NCBI GenBank assembly: GCA_963662405.2 | Contig: CAXXKT010000001.1 | Span: 416,001 to 480,000, forward strand | Source: Syntrophales bacterium | Lineage (GTDB): Bacteria > Desulfobacterota > Syntrophia > Syntrophales > UBA2210 | Length of the DNA: 64,000 bases | Direction of reading: 5' to 3' | Shown here: piece after piece, positions 63,929 through 64,000 of the stretch | Numbering within the stretch: position 1 is the first letter of the stretch | How the letters are laid out: every line of letters begins with the position of its first letter | Made by a program: the position numbers and the translations under genes | Notes under the pieces: generated by a model | Databases searched by the model: none | What the model saw: the letters and a program-made list of their open reading frames with translations, nothing else | Told to the model about the DNA's origin: nothing

Positions 63929-64000
63929 CTACGACGCAGACTTTATGCCAGATATCTCCCAGAATCAAGGAAAAAGGTGTCTACCGGCAAAAGATATCCG

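Overview
Bacterial chromosomal window, mostly GC-rich. The argS-SPOR-ffh-rpsP-KH-rimM-trmD-SPOUT-rplS-rnhB-yraN-rsmI order suggests Desulfobacterota/Syntrophales (inference). Contents in order: two divergent V/A-type ATPase operons whose rotor subunits predict different coupling ions (Na+ vs H+); a 16.0-28.7 kb accessory region; Maf/YjbQ; a Crp regulator with a perfect CRP box before a pilD/minor-pilin operon; translation housekeeping genes; an IPTL-CTERM surface protein; and a TPP-riboswitch-controlled thiamine operon with archaeal-type Thi4 and ThiDN. The most unusual structure is an array of four ~178-bp direct repeats (17079, 18638, 20016, 21294; a partial fifth at 25979) separating unrelated 1.0-1.4 kb gene cassettes. 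Read on the minus strand, each repeat is a sigma70 promoter, a structured leader, an SD+ATG-GNC-TGA mini-ORF and an intrinsic terminator, placed directly upstream of a cassette gene. It looks like a portable promoter-attenuator cassette array that I cannot match to a known family. Many housekeeping genes carry single-base frameshifts, mostly at homopolymer runs, which are most likely sequencing errors.
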